A program made the translations under genes and the position numbers. DNA of 64,000 nt from NCBI GenBank assembly GCA_918797485.1, contig CAKKNE010000002.1, positions 1,426,001-1,490,000 of the forward strand. Direction: 5' to 3'. The DNA is from Pelagomonas calceolata (lineage: Eukaryota). Position 1 is the first letter of the stretch. The number at the start of each line of letters is the position of its first letter. This document shows, piece by piece, positions 53,428-63,604 of the stretch. Below the pieces are notes generated by a model that was not told the DNA's origin, searched no databases, and saw only the letters and a program-made list of their open reading frames with translations.

Positions 53428-55566
53428 ATGCCTCCCAAGAAGACTCCGGCCAAAAAGCCAGCCGCGGCCGCCAAGGCACAGCCTGCAGCCCCTGCAGCAG
53501 CAGCAAAAAAGCCCGCCGCCGCGCGCAAGCGCGCCCGGTCGTCCTCAACCATCGCCCCACAAAAACCGCCGCGGACGCACCGCTGCGGCTTCTGGCGCTG
53601 GGCGCCCTCGGACATCACGGCGCTCGCGGCGAAGCGCGGCAGCGTCGTCGCCGCGGCGCGCGCGGACGGGAGCTTTGAGCTCGTGGACGGCGCGGCGCGC
53701 TGGACGTCCGTCGCGAAGGTATCGGGCCGGCGCGACGCCGCGGCGACGTCGCTCGCGTGGGTCGCCGGCCGCTGCTACGGCGCGACGGCGTCGGGGATCA
53801 TCTTCGAGGTGGATTTTAATGAAGGACGCATCCACCACGAGACGGATGGATTAGGAGGCGCCGTCTGGCAGCTCCTCGCGGACGCGCGCGCGCCGGCTCG
53901 CTTGAACACGTGCTGCGACGACGGCTCGATCCGCGTCTTCGAGTGCGACGAACAAGGTGCTTTGTCGTACACCGGCGCGCTACGGGTGGCGACGGGCGCG
54001 CGATGCCTCTGCGCGGCGTGGGCGGAATTGGGCGACAGCCGGGCGCTGTTTGCGGGCTGCGACGACGGCACGCTGCGGCGCATCGATTCAAACACGGGCC
54101 GCTCGTCTCTGAGGTTGACGGTCGACGGCGACTCTCCTAGAGTGTGGAGTGTAGCGACGCTGTGCGACGCGACGTCTTGCACCGTCGCGTCCGGCGACTC
54201 GACCGGCGCGGTCTGCCTCTGGGACGGCGTCGTCGGGAGTCTCCTGAGGCGCTTCGCGCGGCACGACGCCGACGTGCTCTGTGTGGCTATTGCGGGCGAC
54301 TGCGTCTTCGCGGCGGGCGCGGACTCGAAAGTCGTGTGTCTGGAGCGCCACGCGGACGAGTGGAGTTTCGCGGCGGCGCATCGGCCCCACGTGCTGGATG
54401 TGAGGGCTTTATGCGTGTCGGAAGATGCGGAGGGGCGTCCCACTTTGCTCTCGGGTGCGCTAGATGCCAAACTCTGCGCCTACGCGGCGTCGAACGGGCG
54501 CTCCTTCGCCGAGCGGCGGCCGGCGCGATTGTGGCCCTTCCCGGGCACGCCCTGCGTCCGGGCCTGCGATGCTACGAGGCTCGCTACTTGTAACCACGGC
54601 GCGCACGCGGACGTGTGGCGCCTCGCCTCATCCAGTGATGCGGCGCCGGCCGACCCGATTCTCGCTTTGAGGGTGACGGCGCCGGGCCCGCACAACTTGG
54701 CCTTTGCGTGCGTTTTTGACGGTGGTTTGTTGATGGTTGGTGACGGCGCGACGCGGACGCGGTGCATGCGTTTGATTGATGACGGCGACGCCCTTTCTAC
54801 AGAACGCGTCGCCGGCGCGCGGCGGCTGCCTCCGTCCCTAGCCGCCGCATCAAACGACGGTGTGCTCGTCCTCGCGTGCGCCGGGCGCATCGTTGCCTAC
54901 GACGTTTCTCAGAATGAATTGACGCCACGCTGCTCCATCGCCTGCGCGTGCCCGGCGCCGGCGTTGCTAACGGTGCGGGACGGCCGCGTCGCCTGCGCGG
55001 CGCGCGGCGGCCGCGTCTTCGTCGCGGCGCTCGACGATTCGACAGCGGCGCCGGCGCCGCGCGGGCCCGCGCGCGCCGCGGCGCTGGCGTTTCTGAGCGA
55101 CGGGCTGCTGGCCGCGGCGACGCTGGACCCGGCGCGCCCCTTGTGCGTCGTCGACGCCGCGGCCGGCGAGGACGAGCCGCGCGCTATTGTTGAGCAGCGC
55201 CAGGCCGTCCTCGACGCGGCGGCGTCGGCGCTGACGACGCGCAAGGACGCGCCGGTGGGGCTGGCGGCGGGGCCCCACGATCGGCTCCTCGTCCACTCGC
55301 ACGCCTACGTGTTGTTGGTTGACACGCACGCCGCGGCGCCGCCAGCGCCGACGTCGCCGCCGCCGAAGCAGCGCCGGCGATCGCGGTCGACGACCGCGGA
55401 CGATCCGGACGATAGAATTGTCCCATGGACCTTCTCTACCTTGTACTCGCCGCTCCTCGCGGCGACGTGGCTCGGCGACGAGATCCTCGTGGCGGAGAAC
55501 CCGTGGCTCGCGATCGCGCGGCAGCAGACCGTATCCGCGGTCGCGCGGCGGAAGTATGGCGTCTAA
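53428..55566 (+). CDS. UTP4: WD40 protein, U3 snoRNA-associated UTP4/cirhin-like
   Basis: HRCGFWRWAPSDITALA, GGAVW, ASGDSTGAVCLWD, HDADVLC, HVLDVRAL and ENPWLAI...RRKYG. Confidence 0.8.
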   Translation: MPPKKTPAKKPAAAAKAQPAAPAAAAKKPAAARKRARSSSTIAPQKPPRTHRCGFWRWAPSDITALAAKRGSVVAAARADGSFELVDGAARWTSVAKVSGRRDAAATSLAWVAGRCYGATASGIIFEVDFNEGRIHHETDGLGGAVWQLLADARAPARLNTCCDDGSIRVFECDEQGALSYTGALRVATGARCLCAAWAELGDSRALFAGCDDGTLRRIDSNTGRSSLRLTVDGDSPRVWSVATLCDATSCTVASGDSTGAVCLWDGVVGSLLRRFARHDADVLCVAIAGDCVFAAGADSKVVCLERHADEWSFAAAHRPHVLDVRALCVSEDAEGRPTLLSGALDAKLCAYAASNGRSFAERRPARLWPFPGTPCVRACDATRLATCNHGAHADVWRLASSSDAAPADPILALRVTAPGPHNLAFACVFDGGLLMVGDGATRTRCMRLIDDGDALSTERVAGARRLPPSLAAASNDGVLVLACAGRIVAYDVSQNELTPRCSIACACPAPALLTVRDGRVACAARGGRVFVAALDDSTAAPAPRGPARAAALAFLSDGLLAAATLDPARPLCVVDAAAGEDEPRAIVEQRQAVLDAAASALTTRKDAPVGLAAGPHDRLLVHSHAYVLLVDTHAAAPPAPTSPPPKQRRRSRSTTADDPDDRIVPWTFSTLYSPLLAATWLGDEILVAENPWLAIARQQTVSAVARRKYGV

Positions 55567-55575
55567 CAAGTCTCC

Positions 55576-58453
55576 TTATGGTTCTAACTCCCGGAAGGCG
55601 GCGAGGACCGCCTCCTTCTGTGCCGCGTGTTCCGCCTCCCCAAGCAACCCCGAGTCCCTCGAGGAGTCGAGCCACGCGAGCTTGCGCGTGAGCGCGTCGA
55701 GGCGCGCGTCGACGGACTCGAGCACCTCGGTGCGGTTCCGCAGGCGCTGGAGGTAGGCCGTGGCGATGGCCGCGGCGACGTCGTCCTGCGTCAGGTTGAA
55801 CGTCACATTCAGGGCGGCGCCGCCGACCGTGAGGTTTAAGAGTGGCGCGTCGTCCTCCGGCTCGACGGGCCGAGGCGGCGCAGGCTTGCCGAACTTGCGG
55901 CTGCTCTCGGAGGATCTCTTGCTGCTCCCCTCGGCCGGCGCCGTGCACGTCCGGGCGGCCGCTTCCCGCCACTCTTCGGCCAGCGCGCGCCACCACTTGC
56001 CGAGCGCCTGCTCAAGTACGGCCTCGACGTCCTTGGAGGCGCCCGACTTGAGCGACCAGCTCTGCGCGGTCTTGCCCGCCCGCGCTTTGGTCTCCTGGAA
56101 CTCCACCCCAACGTACGCGAGCTGCGATCGGTGGACCACGACGAGCTCTGGACCAGCGCCCGGCGCCGGAAGGCCGCCCGGGTCTACGTCCCAGGGCTCC
56201 GTCGACTTCGGGGGCAGCGTCAGATTGGCAAGGGTCGCATTTAACTCGGCCTCGGCCTTCTTCTTATCAACCTTGCCTTTCTCCTCCTTCTTCTTGAGCT
56301 CGCGTTTATGCTCGGCCTTCTTTTTGCGCCGGAGATCCTCGAGAGCTTCGGCTGGGTCGTCCTCCTCACCAATGACTCGGAACTTGTCCTTGAGGTCACC
56401 TGTGCGCAAATCAAACAGTGAGCGCCGTGATGTTGATTTATGCACAGACACAGGAGGTCACTTTCGTTCAGCGGGTATCGTAAAGGGGGATCGAAGGCGC
56501 GTAGCGTGACGTTCACGTCTGGATTCGAGTTTTTGCCAGCTTTGTCTTCTTTTAGTTTACCGCCGATTATGTCTACGATAACTCCGAAGCGGAACCACCT
56601 GTGTGGAAATCAAAATTTTACGGCGCGATCATGCTGAATCGTCGCGTCGAGATCCACGCCATCGGCGCGACGCCTGCTCGATGGCGTGGCGATGCCGGTT
56701 CCCGACCGCTCGACCGAGCCAGGACGGCCGCTTCATCGCCGGGAAATGACTTAGTGAAGAATTGTCGGGTGCACCCGACGCACTGGTTGATTTCCGCACA
56801 GGGAACCACAGCTCTCCGGGCTTGCCGACGGGCGCATAGTGCCACGCGACGGCCTTGCCGATCTCGAGCGTCGCTGTCTCGTGTCTCGTATGGACGTCGC
56901 GCTTCTTCCACTCGGCCTCGTCCGCTTTGAGACCTGTGCGGACATCAAATCTCAGACGCCCTACGCCATCGACACGTTGATTTCCACACAGTTTGAGCAC
57001 GAGCAACCACCGGCCGCTTCTCGACCTCGGCGATCCGCGTCCCCGACTTTCTGGAGGCAAACTTTGCCTTCTCTTCCTTCTCCGAGTCACTCTCGATCTT
57101 CCCAATCTCGCGAGACGACTTCCGCGCGCCGCGAGCATCTCTGCCAAATTTGTCCTTTTCGCCGTCCTCCTCATCCGTTCCGTTCGCTGCGCGCGCCGCG
57201 GCCCACGCGGCGCTCATGCCGGCGGCAGGGTCTTGCCCGGCTGACGCGTCGCCCGCGCCCGAGAGCTTGACGTCTATGTAGGCAATCGCGTCGCGTCGTA
57301 ACCTAACGAGCCCCGCGCTCGACGAATCTCTTTCAAAGGGGCTATTCACCTGTGTGGAAATCAACCAGTGTGTCGCGTGCACCCGTCGAGCGGTGAGGAA
57401 TCGCGTCGAGCCGGCATCGCGTCGATGGCGTGGAGGTCATGATTGGGCCAAGGGGAGATGCGCCGCGACATTTGGTTTCCACACAGGAATTAACGGCGTA
57501 ATTCGAGACATGCTTGATGTATTCTTTGAAAAGCCGCACCTCGAGCAGCGAGTCCGGCGAGATGCCGTCGCCCTCGACGACGCTCAAGATCTCCGCGAGC
57601 GTCCACCAGAGCGACGCCTTGCCGTGTTTCGACCTCTTGTCATAGTCGTAGAGCCGCACGATGGCGTAGGACCCGGGCCGCGCGGGCAGGTCGTCGTGCG
57701 TCGACAGCGTCGCGCACTCCCAGGACTGATGCTTCTGGAGCTCCTTGACGTCTTCCTCTAAAGCTTTCTTATCTGCGTCCCGCCGGTCCGCTCCCTCGCG
57801 TTGCTTGTCCTGGCCCTCCTTCGCACGCTTCTCCCCGGACTCGTGCCGGTCTACTTCTTGGAGCAGCCTATAGAGCTCATCGTCGCACCTTTCTTCCAAT
57901 GCGCTGTGCTCCTGCCGCAACAGCGACAGCGCTGCCCGCAGCCGCACGCCCTCGTCGACGAGCGTAGCGACACGCGTTTCTAGGGCGCTCGCGTGGTCCG
58001 TCGCCGTCGCCGCGAGTAGCGCCGTGAGCTGCGCTTCCGTCGAGTTCAAGGCGTCTCCCAGGCACTCACCGCCGTCGCATCGCTGCATGAACACGACGAG
58101 CTTGCTGTAATCCGCTATCGCACCGAGGCCTTCGAGGTCAGCCAATTCTATTTCCGTCTGGAGGTCGTTCAGGTGCGCCCCGTCGTGTTCGATAGCGAGA
58201 CGCATCGCATCAATATCGGACAGGGCTACGTCGTGCGCCTTGCGCATGGCGTCGAGGTCCCTAGAAAAACAAAATAAGCACAAATCAAGATCACATATAA
58301 ATACCTCTTGGCGTCTTTGGCGGCCTGAACGACGCTGTGCGCCTGGTAGACCTCCCACTCATCGAAGTCTGCGACCAGGGGCGGAGAGACCTCCAGCGGC
58401 GGCGCGCCGACGGCGACCGAGCAGACGAGCAGCGCCGCCCAGCGGGCTGGCAT
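55576..58453 (-). CDS. Hypothetical multi-exon protein with signal peptide and coiled coils (introns 58261-58304, 57350-57494, 56934-57000, 56599-56809, 56400-56461)
   Basis: Six ORF pieces join in frame when the five introns (four of them introners) are removed. Leader MPARWAALLVCSVAVG. Confidence 0.7.
56400..56453. mobile_element. Short introner
   Basis: CTGTGCGCAAATC...ACACAG; perfect TSD GAGGTCAC. Confidence 0.85.
56599..56801. mobile_element. Introner, ~205-bp subfamily
   Basis: TIRs; perfect TSD GGAACCAC (56591-56598 and 56802-56809). Confidence 0.92.
56934..56991. mobile_element. Short introner
   Basis: CTGTGCGGACATC...GATTTCCACACAG; flanks TTTGAGAC/TTTGAGCAC. Confidence 0.8.
57350..57486. 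mobile_element. Introner
   Basis: CTGTGTGGAAATC...GGTTTCCACACAG; degenerate TSD CTATTCAC/GAATTAAC. Confidence 0.82.
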
Positions 58454-58536
58454 TGTTGCGTCACCTGTTTGATACTTCGGGCAGCATTGCGGCAGCTATT
58501 GTTGTGGCAGAGGCCCAGAGCCGCTGGGGCCAAAAG

Positions 58537-58558
58537 CTAGTGTCTTACAGGCCGCTAG
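58537..58558 (-). promoter_or_regulatory. Conserved upstream motif
   Basis: Reverse complement CTAGCGGCCTGTAAGACACTAG, upstream of ATG 58453 (-). Confidence 0.65.
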
Positions 58559-58797
58559 CAGCGAACCAAGGCAAGTCACTGCTCGCAAACTGGCCGGCCT
58601 CTGTTCGGAGCGAAACCTCACACCACTCGTGTCTGGGTTCTCGGGGGGCAGGGTGAAACAACACCCTATCGCCAATCCCAATAGACACAGTGGCGAAGCG
58701 TTCGGGGTCCGTACTACCTGGGGGTGGGTTCAATAAGTGGCTCTCTCTCGCGAACGAGATTCATCGCGTATTTTGTATTAGCTATCCAGAGCAGAAA

Positions 58798-61302
58798 TTA
58801 TGCATATGCCCCGTCCACCGCCGGGAGCCGCGACGCCGCGTACGCCTCGCCGACGACGTCCGCGAAGCCCGGCGACGGCACGGGCGCAGAAGCGCGGGCC
58901 GCGTGGACCGCATTCGCCGCACTACGAAATTTGAGGCGGTTGGTCTCCCGCCGGTCGGCGGCGGCCTCCCGTCGCGACGCCCGCAGGGCCTCCTCGACGA
59001 CGCCGGAGAAGCCCGAAGGTCGCTGCTCCGGCGGCGCGCCGGCCCGCTCCATCTCGAGCTCGAAGATCTTGAGGCGCGCCTCGGCGAGCTCGCGCGCGTC
59101 CTTCGTCGCCTGCTCGTGGAGTTGGCCCTCGAGCATGGCTATCCGTTGGTCCCGATGTTGTAAAGCTGCAGACAGGCGCACGGCCTCGCCGTGCGCCGAC
59201 GGGTCCGCGCGCGCGACGCTCTCGGCGAGCTCCGCCTTGCGGCCGGCCGCGAGCTCCCGCAACGCATTCGAGACCAGATCCTCGAGCTTCGCAATCACTC
59301 TTTCCTGGACGCCGATCGTCGTCCGGTAGGCGTCGGCCTTCGCGCGATCATCTTGTAAACTCTGGACGTAGGCCGCCTGCTGCGTGTGCGCCCGCCGCAA
59401 ATGGGCGTGCTCCGCCTGCAGATCTTTAAGTTTTGTCGAAGCACTCGTCGCGCCCTTCGACGCCTCGGTCAACTCCGCGTTGTCGCGTTTTAGTTGCGCG
59501 CAGAGCGACGCGGCCGCTCTTAATTGGGCCATGGGGTCGCTCATGTCTATACTACGCCCACGCGACCGCTCCGCGACGAGCGTTTCGAAGGTCCGGCGGT
59601 CGCTCGTTCGTTTCGCCTCCTCCTCGGCGACCTTCGCCTCCAGCGTTTCCTTCGCTTTCTCGGCGGCGTCGGCGCGCCGTCGAAGCGCGGCCATCTCGGC
59701 GCCGCATGCTCGTAGCGCGTCGCCGCGGCCCTCGAGCTCCATCATCAGCCGCTGCACCGCGAGCTGCTTGGCGGCGAGGTCGTCGGCGAGCCGTCTCACT
59801 CTAGGATCGCCGTCGTCGTCGCCGTGCGACGCGCGTTGGACGCGCGGCGTCGCGGCCTCCCATTCGGTGGTTGCGGCGAGCTGCGGCCCCGGCGTCAACC
59901 CGCGCGATAACAACGAGGGCGTCTGCGACCGCGCCGTCGCCGACGTTCGCGCCGTCGCCGGCGGCTGCGACCGCGCCTCGACCCTTACGCGCGCGGCGCA
60001 CGTGCCGATCTGCGAGCCCGATCGGTGGTGCACGGCCACCGTCGATGGCACGCCCGCGTCGCCCGTCGGCGACGACGGCACGTCCAGCACACAAAAACCG
60101 ACGTGCGCCGGCGTCAGGTCGCCCCGTTCCCCGTCGCCGGCGTAAAAGTCGACCAGTAAACACTCGCCGTCTCCCGTAAAAACGACGCTCCGGTCGTCCC
60201 AGACGGCGCGCCCGCCCGCGACCTCCGTGTATAGCGTCGGCCTTCGACAAATGATGTCGTCGTCACCGGCGTAGTCCTCTGCGGGTGGTCGTAGCGTCAC
60301 GGGGAACAAGGGCGGCGCCTGCCGCCGCTCCTCGGACAATTTTGATAAAGCATGCCGTTGGACCAACTGAGCAACCGCAATAGCCGTCCCCGTCGGCGCC
60401 TTCGTCGGTCCGAGATCCAACACGGGTTTGAGGAGGTAGACGACATTCGCCGCGTCGTCGTGGGCGGCGACCGTCACATGCGCCGCCCAGCCGCCCGGGC
60501 CCTCGAGCGGTAGATCCAACGTGTAGGACTTGAAGGGTTTCAATTGATTGACGTCTATCGACGACGACCGCTCGCCGTCGCCTAGAACGCTTATATTGAG
60601 TTCAGCGTCGCGCGGCGCCTCGAGCACAAGCAACTCGTTCCACACGACCGTACAGGCCGCGCTACACACTTGGGCCGCCGTCTCGGCCGCGCCGCTTCCT
60701 GTACTGCACCTTAGTCTCAACTCGGCGTCGACGGCGTCCCCGAGCGTAGCAGAGCGGGCGTGCACGACTAATCTCACAACATCCGAGGCCGGCCGTTCCG
60801 GCGTCACGGCGTTGATCTCCGACAGTTCGGTAGCTTCCGACTGCATGCTTAGCGCGGGCGTCCGCGGCTTCTGCACAGGCTTTTTGACCTCCGCAATTTC
60901 GAGCTTGAACCGCCCGACGTCGATCTGCGTGTTCGACTTCTTCTCCAGGCGCGTGAAGGATAATGAGCGCGTCTCGGATTGCAGCGTATCTGAGGGTTCG
61001 AAGCGAGGCAGCGGCACCGTCACGCTCCCGAGCAGCTCGTGCGCGGACGTCGCATCCTGCTTCGTGAGCACGACAAACACGTCCAATGTCAAGGTTCGTT
61101 CTATGCTATCCGCACCGATGATGGCGAAGTCCTCCTCGAAGTCCGTGGTGCAGAAGGCCTCCTCGAAGACTGGATTCTTCGTCTCGGCGGAGACTTTCGT
61201 CCTTAATCTTTTCTTGTTCTCGTCGAGCTGCAAGGACAGGTAGTACTGGCAGGGCTGCATGAACTCCATATCACTTAAACGGAACTCGAGGTTCGACATC
61301 AT
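58798..61302 (-). CDS. C2-domain and coiled-coil protein (CCDC33-like)
   Basis: N-terminal C2-like YYLSLQLD...RTKVS..TKNPVFE, a second C2-like VWNELL, and a C-terminal coiled coil with YRTTIGVQERVIAKLE. Confidence 0.65.
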   Translation of the reverse strand: MMSNLEFRLSDMEFMQPCQYYLSLQLDENKKRLRTKVSAETKNPVFEEAFCTTDFEEDFAIIGADSIERTLTLDVFVVLTKQDATSAHELLGSVTVPLPRFEPSDTLQSETRSLSFTRLEKKSNTQIDVGRFKLEIAEVKKPVQKPRTPALSMQSEATELSEINAVTPERPASDVVRLVVHARSATLGDAVDAELRLRCSTGSGAAETAAQVCSAACTVVWNELLVLEAPRDAELNISVLGDGERSSSIDVNQLKPFKSYTLDLPLEGPGGWAAHVTVAAHDDAANVVYLLKPVLDLGPTKAPTGTAIAVAQLVQRHALSKLSEERRQAPPLFPVTLRPPAEDYAGDDDIICRRPTLYTEVAGGRAVWDDRSVVFTGDGECLLVDFYAGDGERGDLTPAHVGFCVLDVPSSPTGDAGVPSTVAVHHRSGSQIGTCAARVRVEARSQPPATARTSATARSQTPSLLSRGLTPGPQLAATTEWEAATPRVQRASHGDDDGDPRVRRLADDLAAKQLAVQRLMMELEGRGDALRACGAEMAALRRRADAAEKAKETLEAKVAEEEAKRTSDRRTFETLVAERSRGRSIDMSDPMAQLRAAASLCAQLKRDNAELTEASKGATSASTKLKDLQAEHAHLRRAHTQQAAYVQSLQDDRAKADAYRTTIGVQERVIAKLEDLVSNALRELAAGRKAELAESVARADPSAHGEAVRLSAALQHRDQRIAMLEGQLHEQATKDARELAEARLKIFELEMERAGAPPEQRPSGFSGVVEEALRASRREAAADRRETNRLKFRSAANAVHAARASAPVPSPGFADVVGEAYAASRLPAVDGAYA

Positions 61303-61907
61303 GGTGAAGGCTGCCCTTCCCCTTCCCAGGGGGCACCCGGCGGACCGTTACCGCGATGGTGGTTGCCGGCAGCGTCTCTGGACGGTGTGCGTCGCGTACG
61401 GCACGACTTTGTCCGCCAACGAATGCGCTGGCCGCCTGGCCGCGGCTCCAGCGCCCGTTGCGTCGCACCGTCTCGACCGGTAGAGCCGAGCAAAGGCGGG
61501 AGGGCTCTAGGCGTCTTCTGAGCTCCTTCGCTGCTGCGGTACGTGGTAATGTACGCATAGACGAGTCTTTGGACGATCGGTTTTTCGTGCGGGTCAGGCT
61601 GCCCCTGGACACGCTCTTTTTGCCGGCCATACGCAACAATAAGTGACTTACGAGCAGAGTTGACTCGTTTCGACCTATTGTTTTGACCGCTGCGTGCTGC
61701 TGCAGTTGAAGTCTTGGGCGTCGAAGAGCACTTGACAGCTGGCAGCCTCATGCACAAGCAGTGTGCCGCCGCGTAGCGCAGGCTGCGAGCAAGCATTGCT
61801 GTAAATACTGCGCGCAGGCTGCAAGCAAGCATTGCTGCAAATTCCAGGACCAGGCAGTCGCAGTGAAATTACTGCATATCAGGAGCGGTGCCGCGCATCA
61901 ATAGCTG

Positions 61908-62321
61908 ATGGGTCGCCGCCGCCGCAGCGACTCGTCGTCGTCCTCGAGCAGCGAGGACAGCGAAGCGCGGCGGCTGCGTAAGGAAAAAAAGCGCCTTAAG
62001 AAGGAAAAAAAGCGAATGAAAAAGGAGATGAAGAGGCAGAAACGACGCCGCTCGAAGAGCCCAGTACAACGAAAAACGCCCGAGGGACCGCAACCGCCGC
62101 CGCCGCCCGCGCGGCCCTCGCTGCTCGCGGCGGCGATGGCGCCCCTCTCGACGGGCACCGTCGCGGGCGACCGCAGCGGCTCCTTTGTTGGGAGCGGCTG
62201 GTCGCACGGCGGCGCCGCTCCCGCAAAAGAAGGGCCGCTCACGGGCCTCCAGCGCGCGCACCGAGATGAATCCCGCGAGACCGCGCTCCACGCGCTCGCG
62301 CGCAAGCGGCCCGATAAGTAG
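61908..62321 (+). CDS. Small Ser/Lys-rich low-complexity protein
   Basis: ATG-initiated 137-aa ORF with SDSSSSSS and RKEKKRLKKEKKRMKK. Confidence 0.5.
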   Translation: MGRRRRSDSSSSSSSEDSEARRLRKEKKRLKKEKKRMKKEMKRQKRRRSKSPVQRKTPEGPQPPPPPARPSLLAAAMAPLSTGTVAGDRSGSFVGSGWSHGGAAPAKEGPLTGLQRAHRDESRETALHALARKRPDK

Positions 62322-62325
62322 AAAC

Positions 62326-63447
62326 CTAGAATTTATTGCTGTGCACCCCAACGTACTGCTCCGCCTGGTCCGCGAGGACGTCCGTAATTTCCAGAGACGC
62401 GATCGCGCCGGACGCGTCCGCGAAGACGCGGTCGACCTGGATCCGCATCTCCGCGCCCGGCGCGTGCCAGTCCAGGCTCAGCACGCCGCCGGCCTCGCAG
62501 CGCGGCGAGCACGCCGCCGTCGCGCGGCCCGCGAGCCGCACCTCGGCCCGCGCGGCGCCGAGTTTCGGGTGCACGTCGAAGAGGCCCGTGCCCGCGGTTT
62601 CTGGAAAATCGCCCTCTGACCGCACGACATCCAAGTAGGCGAGCGCGCCCCGCTCGTAGACGGCCCTACATGTGAGCAGCCTCTTCTCATACGCGGTCCA
62701 GACGTCGCAGGCGAGCCGGTCGCCGTCCGCGCGCGCGAAGCTGAAGGCCTCGCCGTTCGCCGCGAGGCCGCCCACGGCAAACGACCCTCGGGCCAGGCCG
62801 TCGAAGTCGATTGGACGAAGAACGGCGTCGCCTAAAGCTAATTCATCCCGCTTTTCGTTGATCGCCACGCGCCAGCCGTCGTACGCCGTCGGCGCGCCCG
62901 CGTCGTCGTCCGTGTTTATGTCCAGGCTCCCCTCAAACGTCTCCTTCAGCGTGAGGATGCCCTCCTGCAACACGAAGCGCTCGCCTCTGGTAACGTAGCT
63001 CCCGCAGAACGCTTCCCTAAATTTTTGGCACTGGAACATCTCCTTCTCCTTCTTCGTCGCCGCGAGCTTCGCCTTGAGCTCCTCCTCGGGCAGCATCTCG
63101 TCCGGGACGGGGGGGCGCACCTTCGGCATGTAGCCGAGGCGGTCCCTTGGTAATTTCTCGATGGGCCAGTCCTCCCAGCCCAGATACTTGACGGAGGCGC
63201 TGCCGGCGTCGCACTCGACGACCTCGGCGACGTACCACTGGCCGTACTCGTCCCTCGCTTGCACGAGCGCGCCGGGGAAGACGTAGTCCGCGTCCTCCGG
63301 TGGGGTTCCTGCGGCGTTGAGATCAAAGTCCGAGTAGTCGTCATCTATCCTGGAGTCGACGGCGCGCCGTGGCGCTGGTCTCGGCAGCGCTGGTGCGAGG
63401 AATGCCGCCGCGCAGGCGAGCCACGCAGCTTGCACAAGCGTACGCAT
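62326..63447 (-). CDS. Probable plastid-targeted protein with a Tudor/chromo-like domain
   Basis: Leader ...CAAAFLAP; VQARDEYGQWYVAEVV...VKYLGWEDW. Confidence 0.6.
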   Translation of the reverse strand: MRTLVQAAWLACAAAFLAPALPRPAPRRAVDSRIDDDYSDFDLNAAGTPPEDADYVFPGALVQARDEYGQWYVAEVVECDAGSASVKYLGWEDWPIEKLPRDRLGYMPKVRPPVPDEMLPEEELKAKLAATKKEKEMFQCQKFREAFCGSYVTRGERFVLQEGILTLKETFEGSLDINTDDDAGAPTAYDGWRVAINEKRDELALGDAVLRPIDFDGLARGSFAVGGLAANGEAFSFARADGDRLACDVWTAYEKRLLTCRAVYERGALAYLDVVRSEGDFPETAGTGLFDVHPKLGAARAEVRLAGRATAACSPRCEAGGVLSLDWHAPGAEMRIQVDRVFADASGAIASLEITDVLADQAEQYVGVHSNKF

Positions 63448-63582
63448 GGCTGCAATCTCTCGTCCCCTGCGATGGAGCGATGCGACTGCGGTCTGCGGCT
63501 GTCTAGCGGATCGAAAGGGAGCACGATGCCGCGCTTAGACTGTCTAGCAGCCACGCTGGTGCAAATAGCCGAGCGCCCGGAG

Positions 63583-63604
63583 CTAGCGTGATGTAAGGCA
63601 CTAG
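63583..63604 (+). promoter_or_regulatory. Conserved upstream motif
   Basis: CTAGCGTGATGTAAGGCACTAG upstream of ATG 63447 (-). Confidence 0.6.

Noticed and set aside
61776..61843. 36-bp tandem duplication in an intergenic region (also GGGCAGCCT x3 at 34601-34627)
   Set aside because: Ordinary local slippage duplications with no further structure.
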